Part shown: piece by piece, positions 14,501 through 26,280 of the stretch | Numbering within the stretch: the stretch's first letter is position 1 | Layout of the letters: every line of letters begins with the position of its first letter | Assembly: GCA_043228905.1 (NCBI GenBank) | Contig: JBHGNT010000005.1 | Coordinates: 1,550,001 to 1,614,000 of the forward strand | Source of the DNA: Azolla caroliniana | Lineage: Eukaryota; Plantae; Polypodiophyta | Length of the DNA stretch: 64,000 nucleotides | Reading direction: 5' to 3' | Translations under genes and position numbers: made by a program | Notes under the pieces: model-generated | What the model was told of the DNA's origin: nothing | The model's database searches: none | What the model saw: the letters and a program-made list of their open reading frames with translations, nothing else

Positions 14501-17500
14501 TTAATATAGCTTTCTAATAATCTTTGCGCATGCTTAAAGCTTACAAATAACCATGAAAAATGAATGTAATGATTTTTCAAACACGTTGGCCTTGAAACTA
14601 GGTAGATAAAAGAGGATCAGTCTTTCGATGTCATCCATTTCCTTGATGTGAAAAATGGCAAATGTCATGAATAATGCTGGTGTAAACAGAGTAACAATGC
14701 TACTCTGAAACTGTACGACAATGGGTGATCAATACTTAAGCTACACGTGCTTGTGTCAAAAAATGTTGTTTTTCTTTATTCCCGCCATGTGCTCCAGAAT
14801 TTTCTGTTCACTATCATTGCATACATATTTTACATTATTGGTGATTCTCTTTCTTTCTGTGCAGATTACATTTTTGGTGTCTCATTTCAGTGATACAAGA
14901 ATAGCAAACTTAGATATACGAGATGCTCTTCTTCAGTCAATTTCTGTTTTGGTGCAGTACAAGGAACATGTTGTCGCATTTGAATCAAATGCTGCTGCTA
15001 CTAGCATAATGCCGGCCACACTATTGTCGTCATTTGATAACAGATTTTGGATTCCAGTTACAAATATACTGTTGAGGCTGTGTAAAGGAACAGGTTTTGG
15101 GTGCTCGAAATCATCCACACATGGGGAATCATGTTCTTTAGTTTTTCAGGTAATTGCAATAAATCTCCCTGATCATTTTAATGTTTACATGTACCATACA
15201 TGGCTACCAATAATTTTCTTTGCACATGGCATGGCAGAAGCTGTTAAGCAAGAAATGTATAGAGGATGAAAAGTTATTTTCTTCTTTCCTTAATCGTCTC
15301 TTCAATACACTCAATTGGACTATCACAGAGTGGTCAGTTTCAATGAGAGACATACGAGAACAAAGTGGTCAGCACCAGGTACCTACTCAACTATTAAGTT
15401 CTCATTGCATAAGAATCATATCCTTGCATGCATTATTATTCTGTCAGTATTCTCTTAGGAAGGTAAAGCTGAAGTATGTTTTGCCTTTGCTACTCTTGTT
15501 GATGGACTACATAGGTAAACGCAGCCTTTGTTAGGTGTCATATGATGTGTGGTTATTCCAGAGATTTTAATATATCTTTCTCCCTCTCTCTCTCTCTCTA
15601 GTGTCTTTTATGAAATCAGAGGGAGATACCATTGCCTCTTTAAACAAAGCTTTGGCCTACTACGCAAGGTAATGGAATATGAAGACCAATAGTGCCTAGG
15701 ACTTTTCTTGCCAGAACCCAAGAGACATAGAGAAAAGTTGTTGAAGGACAATAATACAGCCACACAAGCTCATCCACAAAGAACAATCACAACTTTCTTT
15801 AGCCCCATCACTCCTGCTAATGCTATACGTCAATCAAGGGATACACAAATGGGCTCCTGACCAGGACATAACAAAGGGGTTACAATAGATCAGGCAATAC
15901 CAATTTTTTGTGCACGTAGGCCCTGGCCCTAGGACAGGTAAAGGCCATTATCTCCTACCATGGCAGGTGCTTCCCTCATTTCGGAGACCTCTCCATTCAG
16001 GATCGACCTATGCTAGAGATCTTTCAAAGCCAAAAGCTATATATATCTAACTTGAGAATCTCATATGTGTCGAAAACCAGATTGTTTTGTCTCTTTTTAT
16101 CTTATCGACTTTTATATTTACTGAGTAATATTTATTTTATTTTGATTTGTTCTCAAAGACGAGATAACACTTAAAGATGTAATCTCTTGTTTGGTCTTAT
16201 GGGCCATTTGGCCTCTTAAAAGACGTTAATATATCTTTCTTTCTCTCTCTCTATATATATATATGGACACTAAAAATATCTATTATCTCTCTCCGGAAAA
16301 TGTAAGAAATGCCATTGATTGGTTACAATTTGGTAAGGCCCAAGATCATGATGGATTGGTTGGTGAGCACTTTATCTATGCCTGTGACACCCTGCTCCCA
16401 TTGATGCCACACATCTTTAATAGAGCCATGTGTGAAGGTTTCCCTACTAGATGGACAGAACATACCATGTGCCAATCCTCAAGAGTGGAGACCCCATGAT
16501 GCCAAGCAACTATCGGACAATCATGAGTTGCCACTACTTGGCTAAACTATATGGCTCGATTCTAGAATCAGAATTGAGTATATGGGCAGAGCATAATGAT
16601 TGCCGTTCAGCTGGACAGGCAGGGTTTCGGAAGGGTTTAACAACTTTGGATCACATATTGACCCTCCGAGCCCTTATTGAGGAGGGCAGAGCCCATAATA
16701 AGAGGATCTATTGCTGCTTTGTGGATTTCCGAAAAGCCTTTGACACCGTGCCACGTGCTTGGCTTATGCAATGTCTAGAAGCCCTTGGTGTTCCAACAGA
16801 TATGCAATGGGGAATCTACACTATGAATCTGTCCCAGGAAAAGTGTGGTGTCCTGAGGGTTTGTCAAATGCGGTGGCCAACACAATCGGAGTGAAGCAAG
16901 AGTGGCCACTATCGCCCACTCTCTTCGGTCTCTATATAGATGAGGTATCACATTATATAGAGAGATTCGGGAGCATGCCTAGCAGGTATAGCTATACATA
17001 TATTACTATATGCTGATGATATTGTGCTGATTTCTGACTCTCCAAAGGGACTACAAAGACATCTCAATGCCTTAAAACTATTTTGTACCGACAAAGGTCT
17101 GTCAATAAACATGGATAAAACTAAAGTTATGGTGTTTAACACCACTCAAGCATGGGTAACTAGATCAGAACCAGAATTCTTCTTGGGCGAGGAAAAGGTG
17201 GAATACACACGCTCCTACAGATAACTAGGAGTCACATTTATAGGGCTGAGGTTCTCCATACGGGAGGCTGCGTGTGCCCGACTTTCTCGTGGATATGCAG
17301 CCCTTGGTGCTCTAGAAAGACAATATGCACATTTGTAGTTCCAAGAGCCACGAACTAAGTTGTGGTTATTTGATATACTCGTCACACCAACTCTTCTCTA
17401 TGGAGTAGAAACGTGGGAACCGAGTCTTAAAAAGGCGAATCATTGGAATGATTTAGAGAGACGACTAGTGTCAATGATTGCTCGCATGATAAGGAGCAAA

Positions 17501-20500
17501 GCATCGGTGCCCCATGATATAATCTGAGGCATTGTTCTAATCAGTGACATGTATCCAACATCTTTGGGAGCTCCCAAAACAAAGGTACCCAAGGTTGGCA
17601 CTTATGTCATCAAGACAACTGGCCGAAAATGGAGACATTCATTGTTGGTATGCTGAAATGCAGCAATGGTTCGAGTCACATTGCATGAGTATAAATGCAC
17701 TACCCCCATTCCAATATAGCTTGGACTCCCCCATCTAAATATGACCAAAGTGGAAAAGAAAAGAGTGATTCGAATTGATATTATTAACTTGGAAAACAAG
17801 ATAACATGGATCAGCCCCAAAATTTCACTTGATATGAAGATGGACCACTACAAGACACACTTCGTACATACATCAGAGGATGGATTCATCATCAGGCCAC
17901 CTTATATGGACATACATCTATCCTATGCACTGCGTAGTGTGATAGGGCAGTCGCGAACTTCATCACATCAGCTAGATCGGGAAAAGTTCTAGGCCCACTA
18001 CAAGACACACTTCTTACATACATCAGAGGATGGATTCATCATCAGGCCACCTTATATGGACATGCATCTATCCTATGCACTGTGTAGTGTGATAGGGCCT
18101 AGGACATAAGGGAAAAGTTGTTGAAGGACAATAATATAGCCACACAAGCTCATCCACAAAGGACAATCACAACTTTCTTTAGCCCCATCACTCCAACTAA
18201 TGCTACGAGTCAATCAAGGGATACACAAATAGGCTCCCAACTAGGACAGAACAAAGGGGTTACAATAGATCGGGCAATAGCAGTTTGTCGTGCACGTAGG
18301 CCCCGGCCCCATGGACCACGACAACAACACCCTTGCAACACACTTGTCATCGACAAATAAAGGCCATTATCTCCTGCCATCGCAGGTGCTTCCCTCGCTT
18401 TGGAGACCTCTCCATTCTGAATCGACCTATGCTAGAGATCTTTTGAAGACAAAAGTTACAATATGTCTAACTTGAGAATCTCACATGTGCCGAAAACCAG
18501 ATTCCCTCGTCTGTTTTCATCTTATTTACTTTTATATTTACTGAATACTACTTATTCTATTTTGATTTGTTGTTCTCAAAGACGAGACAACACTTAAAGA
18601 TGTAATCTCTTGTTTGGTCTTATAGGCCATTTTGGCCTCTTAAACGACGTTAATATATCTTTCTGTCTTCGTTCTTTCTTTCTTTCTTTCTCTCTCTATC
18701 TTTCTCATTCCTAGATTGGAAGGCAGCACATGTATTCTGATCTGGAAAAGGTATTTACATCTAGTTCGTTTTTGTTCCCATGACATGACTGTTTTGCATG
18801 TGTGTTGCTTTCTCCTAAATTTACTAAAGAGTATAAAAATAAGCAAATAATGCACTGGTTAAAGAAGTAAGGTTCATCTTGTGACTTGTCTTAGAAAACA
18901 GATTTTTACTTACAATGCTTCAACTTTGAGGACTTACGACATCGTTTTGCAGGTTACTAATTTGCAACAGAGAAAGTGCTCTATAATGTTTGAACTCTCC
19001 TGCAATCTGGAAAGAGTTCTAGAGTTTTTTACGCGAGAACTTCCACAAGCATTCTTATGTGGTTCTGAAGTGAACCTCGTAAGACTTTGTGAGTTCATGA
19101 TGTTTGTCTTGAACCATACTGCATCTATAGCTGAAAGGCAAGTGGGAAATCATATATTCGATCCATCATTTAAGAATAAAAGGTCAAATAAAAATTGATA
19201 AATCATCCTATTCTTGCACATGTTCCTTTTAGCAGAAGTTTATTAGATATGCATAAAGTTTAAAGTTCTTACTCTTTTGCAGTACACTTCAGCAACAAGG
19301 GAATTCCCTTGAGAAGGTAAACAAAGCAATGATTCTGGCTCCTCTTGTCGGAATAATTCTTAATCTTTCCAAAGAAAATGTGTCAAATCAACATGCAAGG
19401 CATGATTTGGCATTGACAATACTAAACATTGATGTTTCATCAGTTGCTACAAGGAATTTTGAAAGTCTTGCTGATTTCAACTGGGTAAGAAATTTGATCT
19501 AGGCTGAAAATCTCTATCGATTGTCTTATCAATTTCAACTTGCTAAGGTGGAATGGCCTATCGCTAAGATTGTTGAAATTTCATCATCTTGTCGATTTTA
19601 ACAGTCTAAGGAGGTTCAATCTAGGCTGCATTCTCTATTGCTAATGTTATGGAGCTAATAAACCTATCTGTTTGTGTTTACTTGCTGTACAGGGTATGTC
19701 ATTTAAAGGTGATCCTTCTCTTGCAAAGCTACCTAACCTGCTAGAGTTTGTAACACAGCTCAAAGAAGCTTCAGCCGCAAATGAAAGAGAGTGTGAAGAT
19801 GATTCGTTTGCTACCACACTAGCTTATGATCATGGTAAGAATTTCTGCAAACAAAATTACAGAGAATGAACAAATAAAAAATGTCCAAGGTAAAACATAA
19901 TAGTTCTAAGTTAATGCAAGGTTTCTATGTAGGAATTCAAAATTGTGAGTAGTTATGTGATCTTGGACGCATTGAGCATCCCTGAGGCATACTCTGATAC
20001 CATTAATGTCCACCGACACTCTTAAGTAATCTTGGACATTGAATGAATTTATTTCTATAGGATTGTTATAAGTTATTGTGAGGCAATGCTAGTAAGCATT
20101 AAAATAACGTGAGTAAGAACCACAAGATATGAAAAAATGATAGACCCATACTTATCTTGTACCTTCGCTTGTTCGTAGACACCAAGGAAACTGTTAAATG
20201 CAAATGGAACAAAACAATTTATGGTTGAAACTGTAAATGAAGTTGGAATTTTATGAGAAGGAGAGAGACTGTAGATGGTGATTTCTGATTGCTACTGCAT
20301 CCCTATGATTTTTAAGTTTTGAGTAGATCTTGGCGAAAATGGCATGTGCCAGCCTTCTCCATCATCTGTCAAATGGTGATGAACTCTATGAACTCTCTGA
20401 TGTGCTTGTAATCTGGATGCTTGCACATGGAGAAAGAAAAAAGACTCTCTTAAGAGATCACGTCGTAAGTCTTGTTTCGTCTTTGATAACAGCAAATTAA

Positions 20501-21550
20501 AATAAGTAAATGTTACTAAGTAAATAAAATAAAAAGAGACTAAAGAATCTTGTTATCCGCACATGTAAGACTCGCTGAGGTGACAAGGGTTCCCAAGAGC
20601 CATAGCGTAGCATGTTGCTGAAGGAATTGTACATGAGCTTATCTTCCTGATACCTTCCAAAAATGCTTATCTTCTGTTCAACCTGGCCTCAACTGCTCCC
20701 CTCATAAAAAAAAGTAATTCCAGTAAATACTGCTCCAAGTTACATATAGAGATGAGGTACTACACCTCTTTCTCATTGGTAAAAGCTGATGCTGATCTCC
20801 TGATAAACTACGTAGTATTGAACAGATAAGCTTGGATTTGCCAGGGTGCACTGATTGTCCATTGTCATGTGCATAGGCATGTGAAGCATCCAAGCATCCC
20901 CACATGCCTTCCAAGTCTGCAAAAAATATAATATCATTAATATGTAATAGGAAGGATGTGCTTGTGGGGTGTACTTGTGCCTGCCAACTCAACTCTTTTA
21001 TCTCCTTATCGTTTTTTCTTTTTTACCCTTCCCGTAAGCCAAGTTTTTACCATCTTATACACCTGAGTTCAAATCTTACTATGCACTACTTTGTTACCCT
21101 CCCTGTCTGGTAAAGATGAGACAACATTTTAAGATGTAATCTCTTGTTTGGTCTTATAGGCCACTTTGGCCGCTTAAAAGGCATTAATATATCTTGTTTT
21201 CTTTCTTTCTTAATATGAGAGCAGAGGGACAGTAGTACTGGGAGCTAGAGAGAGGGAGGAGAGAGAGGAGAGATTTTATTGCTGCAGGTAACAACGGCGG
21301 CAATGACAATGAAGATATTTGCAGCATTTGTTATGCATGTGAAGTTAATACTATTTTTTCTCCGTGCAACCACAAATCTTGCTCACGTTGCATCTCAAGG
21401 CATCTTCTCAATAATCAACGATGCTTCTTTTGCAATGCCACAATTGAAGACTTGTATTCTATGTCGGCGACACATTCCCCTGGTCCTAACCAATTTGTGT
21501 CAGATGGAACTATGGGTGAAAGTGGTCCATTGATGAAGATAGATTCCTAG
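5565..21550 (+). CDS. RKP: E3 ubiquitin ligase RKP (related to KPC1/RNF123): N-terminal SPRY domain, C-terminal RING finger; 11 exons
   Basis: SPRY motifs [34 protein letters not shown] and [18 protein letters not shown]; last exon [38 protein letters not shown]. Inferred exons: 5565-7109, 7244-8116, 8450-8613, 8709-8847, 9194-9277, 14865-15149, 15238-15378, 18953-19182 (or 19137 with a GC donor), 19283-19484, 19693-19834, 21288-21550. Phases are consistent. Confidence 0.92.
10350..12275 (+). mobile_element. Old, internally deleted LINE remnant in RKP intron 5 (possible ORF1-like region, endonuclease fragment, 3' end)
   Basis: Purine-rich ORF1-like stretch; [16 protein letters not shown] at about 11640 resembles APE-domain RGSGG motifs; ends with the family 3' terminus aagatgagacaacattttaagatgcaatctc...ttaatacatctctttctttt at 12194-12275. 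Confidence 0.5.
10965..11440. repeat. Degenerate tandem repeat, unit about 190 bp, about 2.5 copies
   Basis: catagacaa...gatgaatgcaa...tagaagaa...ggaaag...ggatggttgaa...gaagatgctc...ttggattgag recurs at about 10987, 11176 and 11366. Confidence 0.65.
12853..13551 (+). mobile_element. Solo LTR (699 bp), probably Ty1/copia-type, with 5-bp target-site duplication CAGGA
   Basis: Starts TGTTGG and ends CTAACA; CAGGA at 12848-12852 and 13552-13556; TATA-like tataaata near 13189; copia-like gtggtttttccc...agggttttccacg; no PBS or internal domain. Orientation is inferred. Confidence 0.88.
12930..13112. repeat. GC-rich minisatellite (27-bp core ccggatgatgaagacccggttccggat) in the LTR
   Basis: Three near-perfect 27-bp units followed by diverged units, visible as the repeated RFRIRMMKT translation. 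Confidence 0.9.
15601..16252 (+). mobile_element. Short 3' LINE fragment (same family) in RKP intron 7
   Basis: [14 protein letters not shown]...[10 protein letters not shown], then a 3' UTR highly similar to 18110-18660, ending with the stem-loop and (TC)n tail. Confidence 0.88.
16263..18706 (+). mobile_element. 5'-truncated LINE with a frameshifted reverse transcriptase (RTE-X-like) in RKP intron 7
   Basis: RT motifs in several frames: [88 protein letters not shown]; 3' stem-loop and (TTCT)n tail. Confidence 0.95.
20400..21000 (-). mobile_element. Highly decayed LINE RT fragment in RKP intron 10
   Basis: Minus ORF 20702-20992 [43 protein letters not shown] aligns by eye with LLYADDIVL...GLQ..L..L...GLS.N..KTK. 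Boundaries are approximate. Confidence 0.55.
21113..21211 (+). mobile_element. About 100-bp LINE 3' terminus only (stem-loop plus pyrimidine tail)
   Basis: aagatgagacaacattttaagatgtaatctcttgtttggtcttataggccactttggccgcttaaaaggcattaatatatcttgttttctttctttct matches 18579-18700. Confidence 0.85.
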
Positions 21551-22696
21551 ATTCCTCATAATCGGCACATAAATCATGTGGTCTTCCTACTTTCTTATGT
21601 GTATATATAGTAAGAGATGAGGTCTATTTTACTGAGTTTGGAGAGTTAAATATATCAGGGTAAAAGATGTTACTGAAGCTTCATTGCTTTCCTGGTGAGG
21701 AGTACTACCATACTCATCAAAGTGTGTATGCATATCAGATATTTTACTGATGTTTGAATACCAGTGACTTGTACTGTCAAAATCTTTGCGTCCCTAACAT
21801 TCTGAATTATAGTTCTTTCGATGTATGTAGGAAGTGCTTAAGGCACATAATATTATACACCACAGTTTTTGGTATCAACTTTATGTCAATGCTAGGATAT
21901 GATCCTATGAAAAGATTCTTTACATTATTTTGTACCAATGAATGGGAATCTCTGCCACATTCAAGTACGATGATAAATATATTGTTCTTCAATATTCTTG
22001 AACTTGCACTCTTATACTTTGGCCCAAGAATTATGCAAATTGGTGATTACAATTCGTATGAATTAAGCATGGTTTTATGTTGCATGATTTTATCTTGAGT
22101 AATCATGAAAGATAAAATATGATTGAGCTTCATCAGATGGATGTAACAGTTCTCTCGGCATGTTCCTTTAATGCATTTGAAAATGCTTACTTGTATCGTG
22201 TTATAGTGCCCCTCTGAATATGGGGGAAAGAGCCCTTGTGATATGGCCTGAATTGTAGGCACACACTACAACAGGATAAAGATCCTGTGTAGGCAAGAAT
22301 GACCCAAAGCTTTGAGGGCTTGTCTCCAGTTCATTGCAAAAAGTAGAGTACTACATTAATGTTTGAAAAGACATGTAAGTCCATATATACTGTATGGTGT
22401 GAAAATATGGTTTAAGTTCTCCACATGTTAAAAATTTGTTCGACCCGTTGTGCACAAAACTATCTTAAGAGATTGTAATTATAATAATTCAATTTGAGCT
22501 CATTACAATATCATTCTGGAATGAAATATTTATGTTACAAATATATTAGGAAATTTTGACTACATTGGGGGTAAATAAACATAGCAACGAGTCATACAAA
22601 TCTGTTGCTTTATTGTTCGTTGCATAGTTCATCTAATAACGACATATTTTATGGACAAGTCCTTTGTTTGCTAATATATTGATGTAGGTTGGGATT

Positions 22697-24449
22697 TTAG
22701 TATGGAGTTGCCAATTTCTTTTCATTCCTGAGGTTTTCTTCTAATTGAAGCTTCAAGGTATGTTTTACTTGATGGAACCAAAAGAAGCTATATATCCTCA
22801 TTGGCACAAGCAATAAGAGCTCGACAATAGCCCTTTTCATGGAAGTTGGTGGTATGCAGCCTCGTGATAGGACCCCCAACATAAATGCATTGTGACTAGT
22901 GGTGATTAGCAAATCACCTCTTTTGACTCCCTCAATGGTCTTCTCAGCTACATCATCGGGCGATTCGGCATTGTCTTTATCGTATAAACATACTTTTTGT
23001 AGAAGATCACTATTTCTGGATGCTGTGTCAACTAAATTCATCCATCCATCGAAACAATATTATCTTCATTTTCATTATCATATTTTACTAGTGAGAAATA
23101 CTTGTAAATATCCATGATAATACTTTGTTTACCTTTTTCAAGCATTGGAGTGGTTGTGAAGCCTGGACATGCTATGCTCACAGGTATTCCATATGGCAGC
23201 AATTCAATCCTCAAGTAATCAGTAAGCCCTTTCAAAGCAAACTTTGTCGCTGAGTATATATTAACCTCATTCACGAAAGCCTGAAATTACAACAAAATTC
23301 CAAATTATGACAAAATGTAAGAAACTTTTATGACATTGAAGAAATTTACTGATGAGAAATGAATCTTACCAAGCTGGCCATTGACCCCATAATGAGTACT
23401 GATGAAGGATTTTGAAGGCTCCTAGACTTCATGAGGGGTAAGGCTGCATGTAGAGTATATACGCATCCTAATAGGTTAATTTTGGCAACGTATTCCAATT
23501 CCTCAATAGTGACATTTTCAAGTTGACCTATAGAGATCGTGCCAGCATTACAAACTAGCACATCGATTGGCCTCCAATCAAAGCTCTCTTTCACAATGGA
23601 CGCTATTGATGTAGCATCGCTCACATCGCCGGCCTATGCCCAAAGAAGGAATCAAGAAAGAAAAAAATTTAGCTTACTTTCAGGTTCCGAAATGGCGTAT
23701 AACAACAAATGAGAGAGTGGCATTTCTAAATGGTCCAGTCATATTCAAGAAAAAAGCAAAACCAAACATAACTAGATTATCAACACTAATGGTGGTGGCC
23801 AATTCTTGTTATCTAGGCACTTCAAACTTATTCTGAACTTAGCTGGACCTAAACAAAGGTGCCAGTTCCTTGGCTATCAACACTTCAGTGCAAAATTTGG
23901 AAACATTGGTTGCACTATTGATAAGTGGCAAGGGTTCCATAAATATGGAGGAAAGTCGGACCCAAATATGCTACAGATGAGCTTGTGGTACCAGTTTGTA
24001 TCTTCGAATCATTTAGGGTTTTGTCACACATTAATAATAAACTTTGCAGATTCAACTAAGTATTTTCCGCAGCAAAGGGTCTAATGTGGGTGTTTAGGCG
24101 GGATGGTTGATAATTTTGAGCAAACATGATAAGAGTAGTGAAATTAATATTTTACCTTGATGAGGATATTGCTAGAGGGGAAGCCCATGGTGTGAACCAA
24201 GGTGTCGTGTGCTTCAATGAGCTTCGAGTGCGTACGACTGACCAGAGTAACAAATGCACCTTCGGCGAGGCATCGCTTTGCCAGAGAGAAGCCTATTCCG
24301 GTCGATCCACCCGTGATGAGCACATGCTTCCCTGCAAGAGATCTGATGTGATAACGTCTGCCCTGCCCCTGCCATGTAATCATCATCTTCATCACTGTCA
24401 CCACAATGATGACAACAAATGCGACCAGGGCCGCAAGAAGAATTGCCAT
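22697..24449 (-). CDS. TSC10: 3-ketodihydrosphingosine reductase-like short-chain dehydrogenase (TSC10/KDSR family); 4 exons
   Basis: N-terminal hydrophobic anchor, KHVLITGGSTGIG, RPIDVLVCNAG, catalytic YSATK, PGFTTTPM. Exons (minus strand): 24449-24156, 23633-23370, 23280-23133, 23031-22697. Confidence 0.85.
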
Positions 24450-24497
24450 TAGGACCAGCTCAACAAATTCTTCTGATTTTTCTTCTCTTCCTCCTCA

Positions 24498-24529
<32 letters not shown>

Positions 24530-25901
24530 GTATATATATGTGTCCCTCACTTCAGAAGACACACAACACCCACAAAAGGAAAGAAGAACATTGTCAAAGG
24601 ATAGATAGTCCTCCTCATGGGTGGGTTTGTTGCAGAGCAAATATGGGTCCTTCTCTCTGGTGGGTGGGGGTTGAAATTGGAAGCATGGATAGGTGAGCTG
24701 TGCTGTAATCATGACTGTAAAAGGATGTATAGTATGCCCATAAATGGAGCTCATCTACTATCCTAGTCCCTTTTCTTCATTCACTCTTTCTAACCACCTC
24801 CTTTGTGTGCCTGCCTCCCAAAGTACACTTCCAAGTTAGTTATCCATTACATACATATTCCATGATCATCATCATCATCCACCCATCCCTCCATGAAGCA
24901 TCTCCACCCACCCCACCCATCTTCTCCATGCCATTCACTCCTCGTAACCTAACACAAATATGGTCTCTGGCCATAACTCACTAAGTATCCCTATCAATTA
25001 ACATCATTGAGTCGAGTACAAGCTCTAAGCACAAAAGGAGTGATACACCCATTGGTCCTGACTCCTAATATTTTACATTCAGGGCTGCCTATTGTTTGCA
25101 TTAAAAGATTACACCCTATGCCTAGAAGTACACATATGTAGTAGGACGTATGACATATACTTTGAAAGTTTGATGCCTACCATTCAAAGAAAAACATATC
25201 CGCTACACTTCATGTTTGTACTCTTAGGGTTGTCAGTAATAACAGCACAACTAATCACTTTTTATACATTTCCATTGCTATCTCTCTCTATCTCTCTTGC
25301 ATTCTAAAACTTCATGTGTATGTTTGTGTGTATCTTTTTTAACTTTGTCTTTGCTCATTATAAATGAATGCTTTTGCATCAAACCATGTCCTCCTACCTT
25401 CTCCACGTGTAGTCTTAATGGTAAGAAACTATATGTACCTAATATTTTGGGAACTCGCTATTTGCACTATTATTTATTGCGAAGTACAATATCCGATCCC
25501 CATATTTAACAACAATCTCAAAACTTGGCCCGTTTATTTTTCAAAGAATATCAACTAGTTTTAAAAAATATGCTTTATTTAATGCAATGTAATGATAATC
25601 TCATTGTGAACACTAATTAAATTCTCTTTCTTTGCGCTTCTCGTTAGAAATAATGTGTGCCACCTTTCTATTTCTAATCACTTTTGTTTTCTCTCCCTAA
25701 ACACCTATGCCCTTTTCATATTCATGACACGAGGGATAGTTTCGGCTAGGATAGAAAATAGGGGGAGAAAAAGAATCTAGAATTTAGGCTACAATTCTCG
25801 TTCTCAACGTTCAAATGTGATTAATCTAACCTAACTAAAAACTTCTTCATTTAGTTTGTGTGTGGATTCTATGTGACCTCTATCTATGCTAAAGATTTTT
25901 A

Positions 25902-26280
25902 CTAATTAATGAATGTCACAAAGAAGACTACACACTTTGTCATTGAAGAGAGAAATATGTGTAGGGGCAAGTTCGGTCTGGAATTGTGGGTAAAGCAAGC
26001 TAAAATATGATTGAATTGGAGCATTGAGCAGAGTGTGATACTTAGACTCGTCAACTTGTTCAAGGCAAAACATACATAATCGAGGAGTCTCCTCATAGGT
26101 AATAGGTATTGCAAAGTGTTGTTGCATATAAAAGGGGATATGAGGTGAGTCCAATTGGTTTGCCCATTTGGAAAAGAATATAGTTTTTGTAGTTTGTTGC
26201 AACATATGTAATATAAGGTGCGAAGCATGAGCCAAGTGTAATGTAAAATCGGATGGGGGGGGGATTGATTCATGTGTCAA
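25902..26280 (-). mobile_element. Decayed LINE 3' end (zinc-knuckle region), apparently a different family
   Basis: The minus-strand translation EETPRLCMFCLEQVDESKYHTLL resembles the R-x-C-x2-C...E-x2-H motif at the C-terminus of non-LTR ORF2. Confidence 0.5.

Larger units (their letters stand above)
12590..14515 (+). mobile_element. 5'-truncated degenerate LINE (RTE-X-like) in RKP intron 5, split by a solo LTR
   Basis: Homologous to the LINE at 16900-18700: [17 protein letters not shown] (a YADD variant), [28 protein letters not shown]...CQLCH, and the family 3' end at 14429-14515. The sequence is colinear on both sides of the LTR. Confidence 0.85.

Noticed and set aside
16263-18000. Functional or domesticated reverse transcriptase gene
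   Set aside because: Multiple frameshifts and stops, 5' truncation and internal rearrangement.
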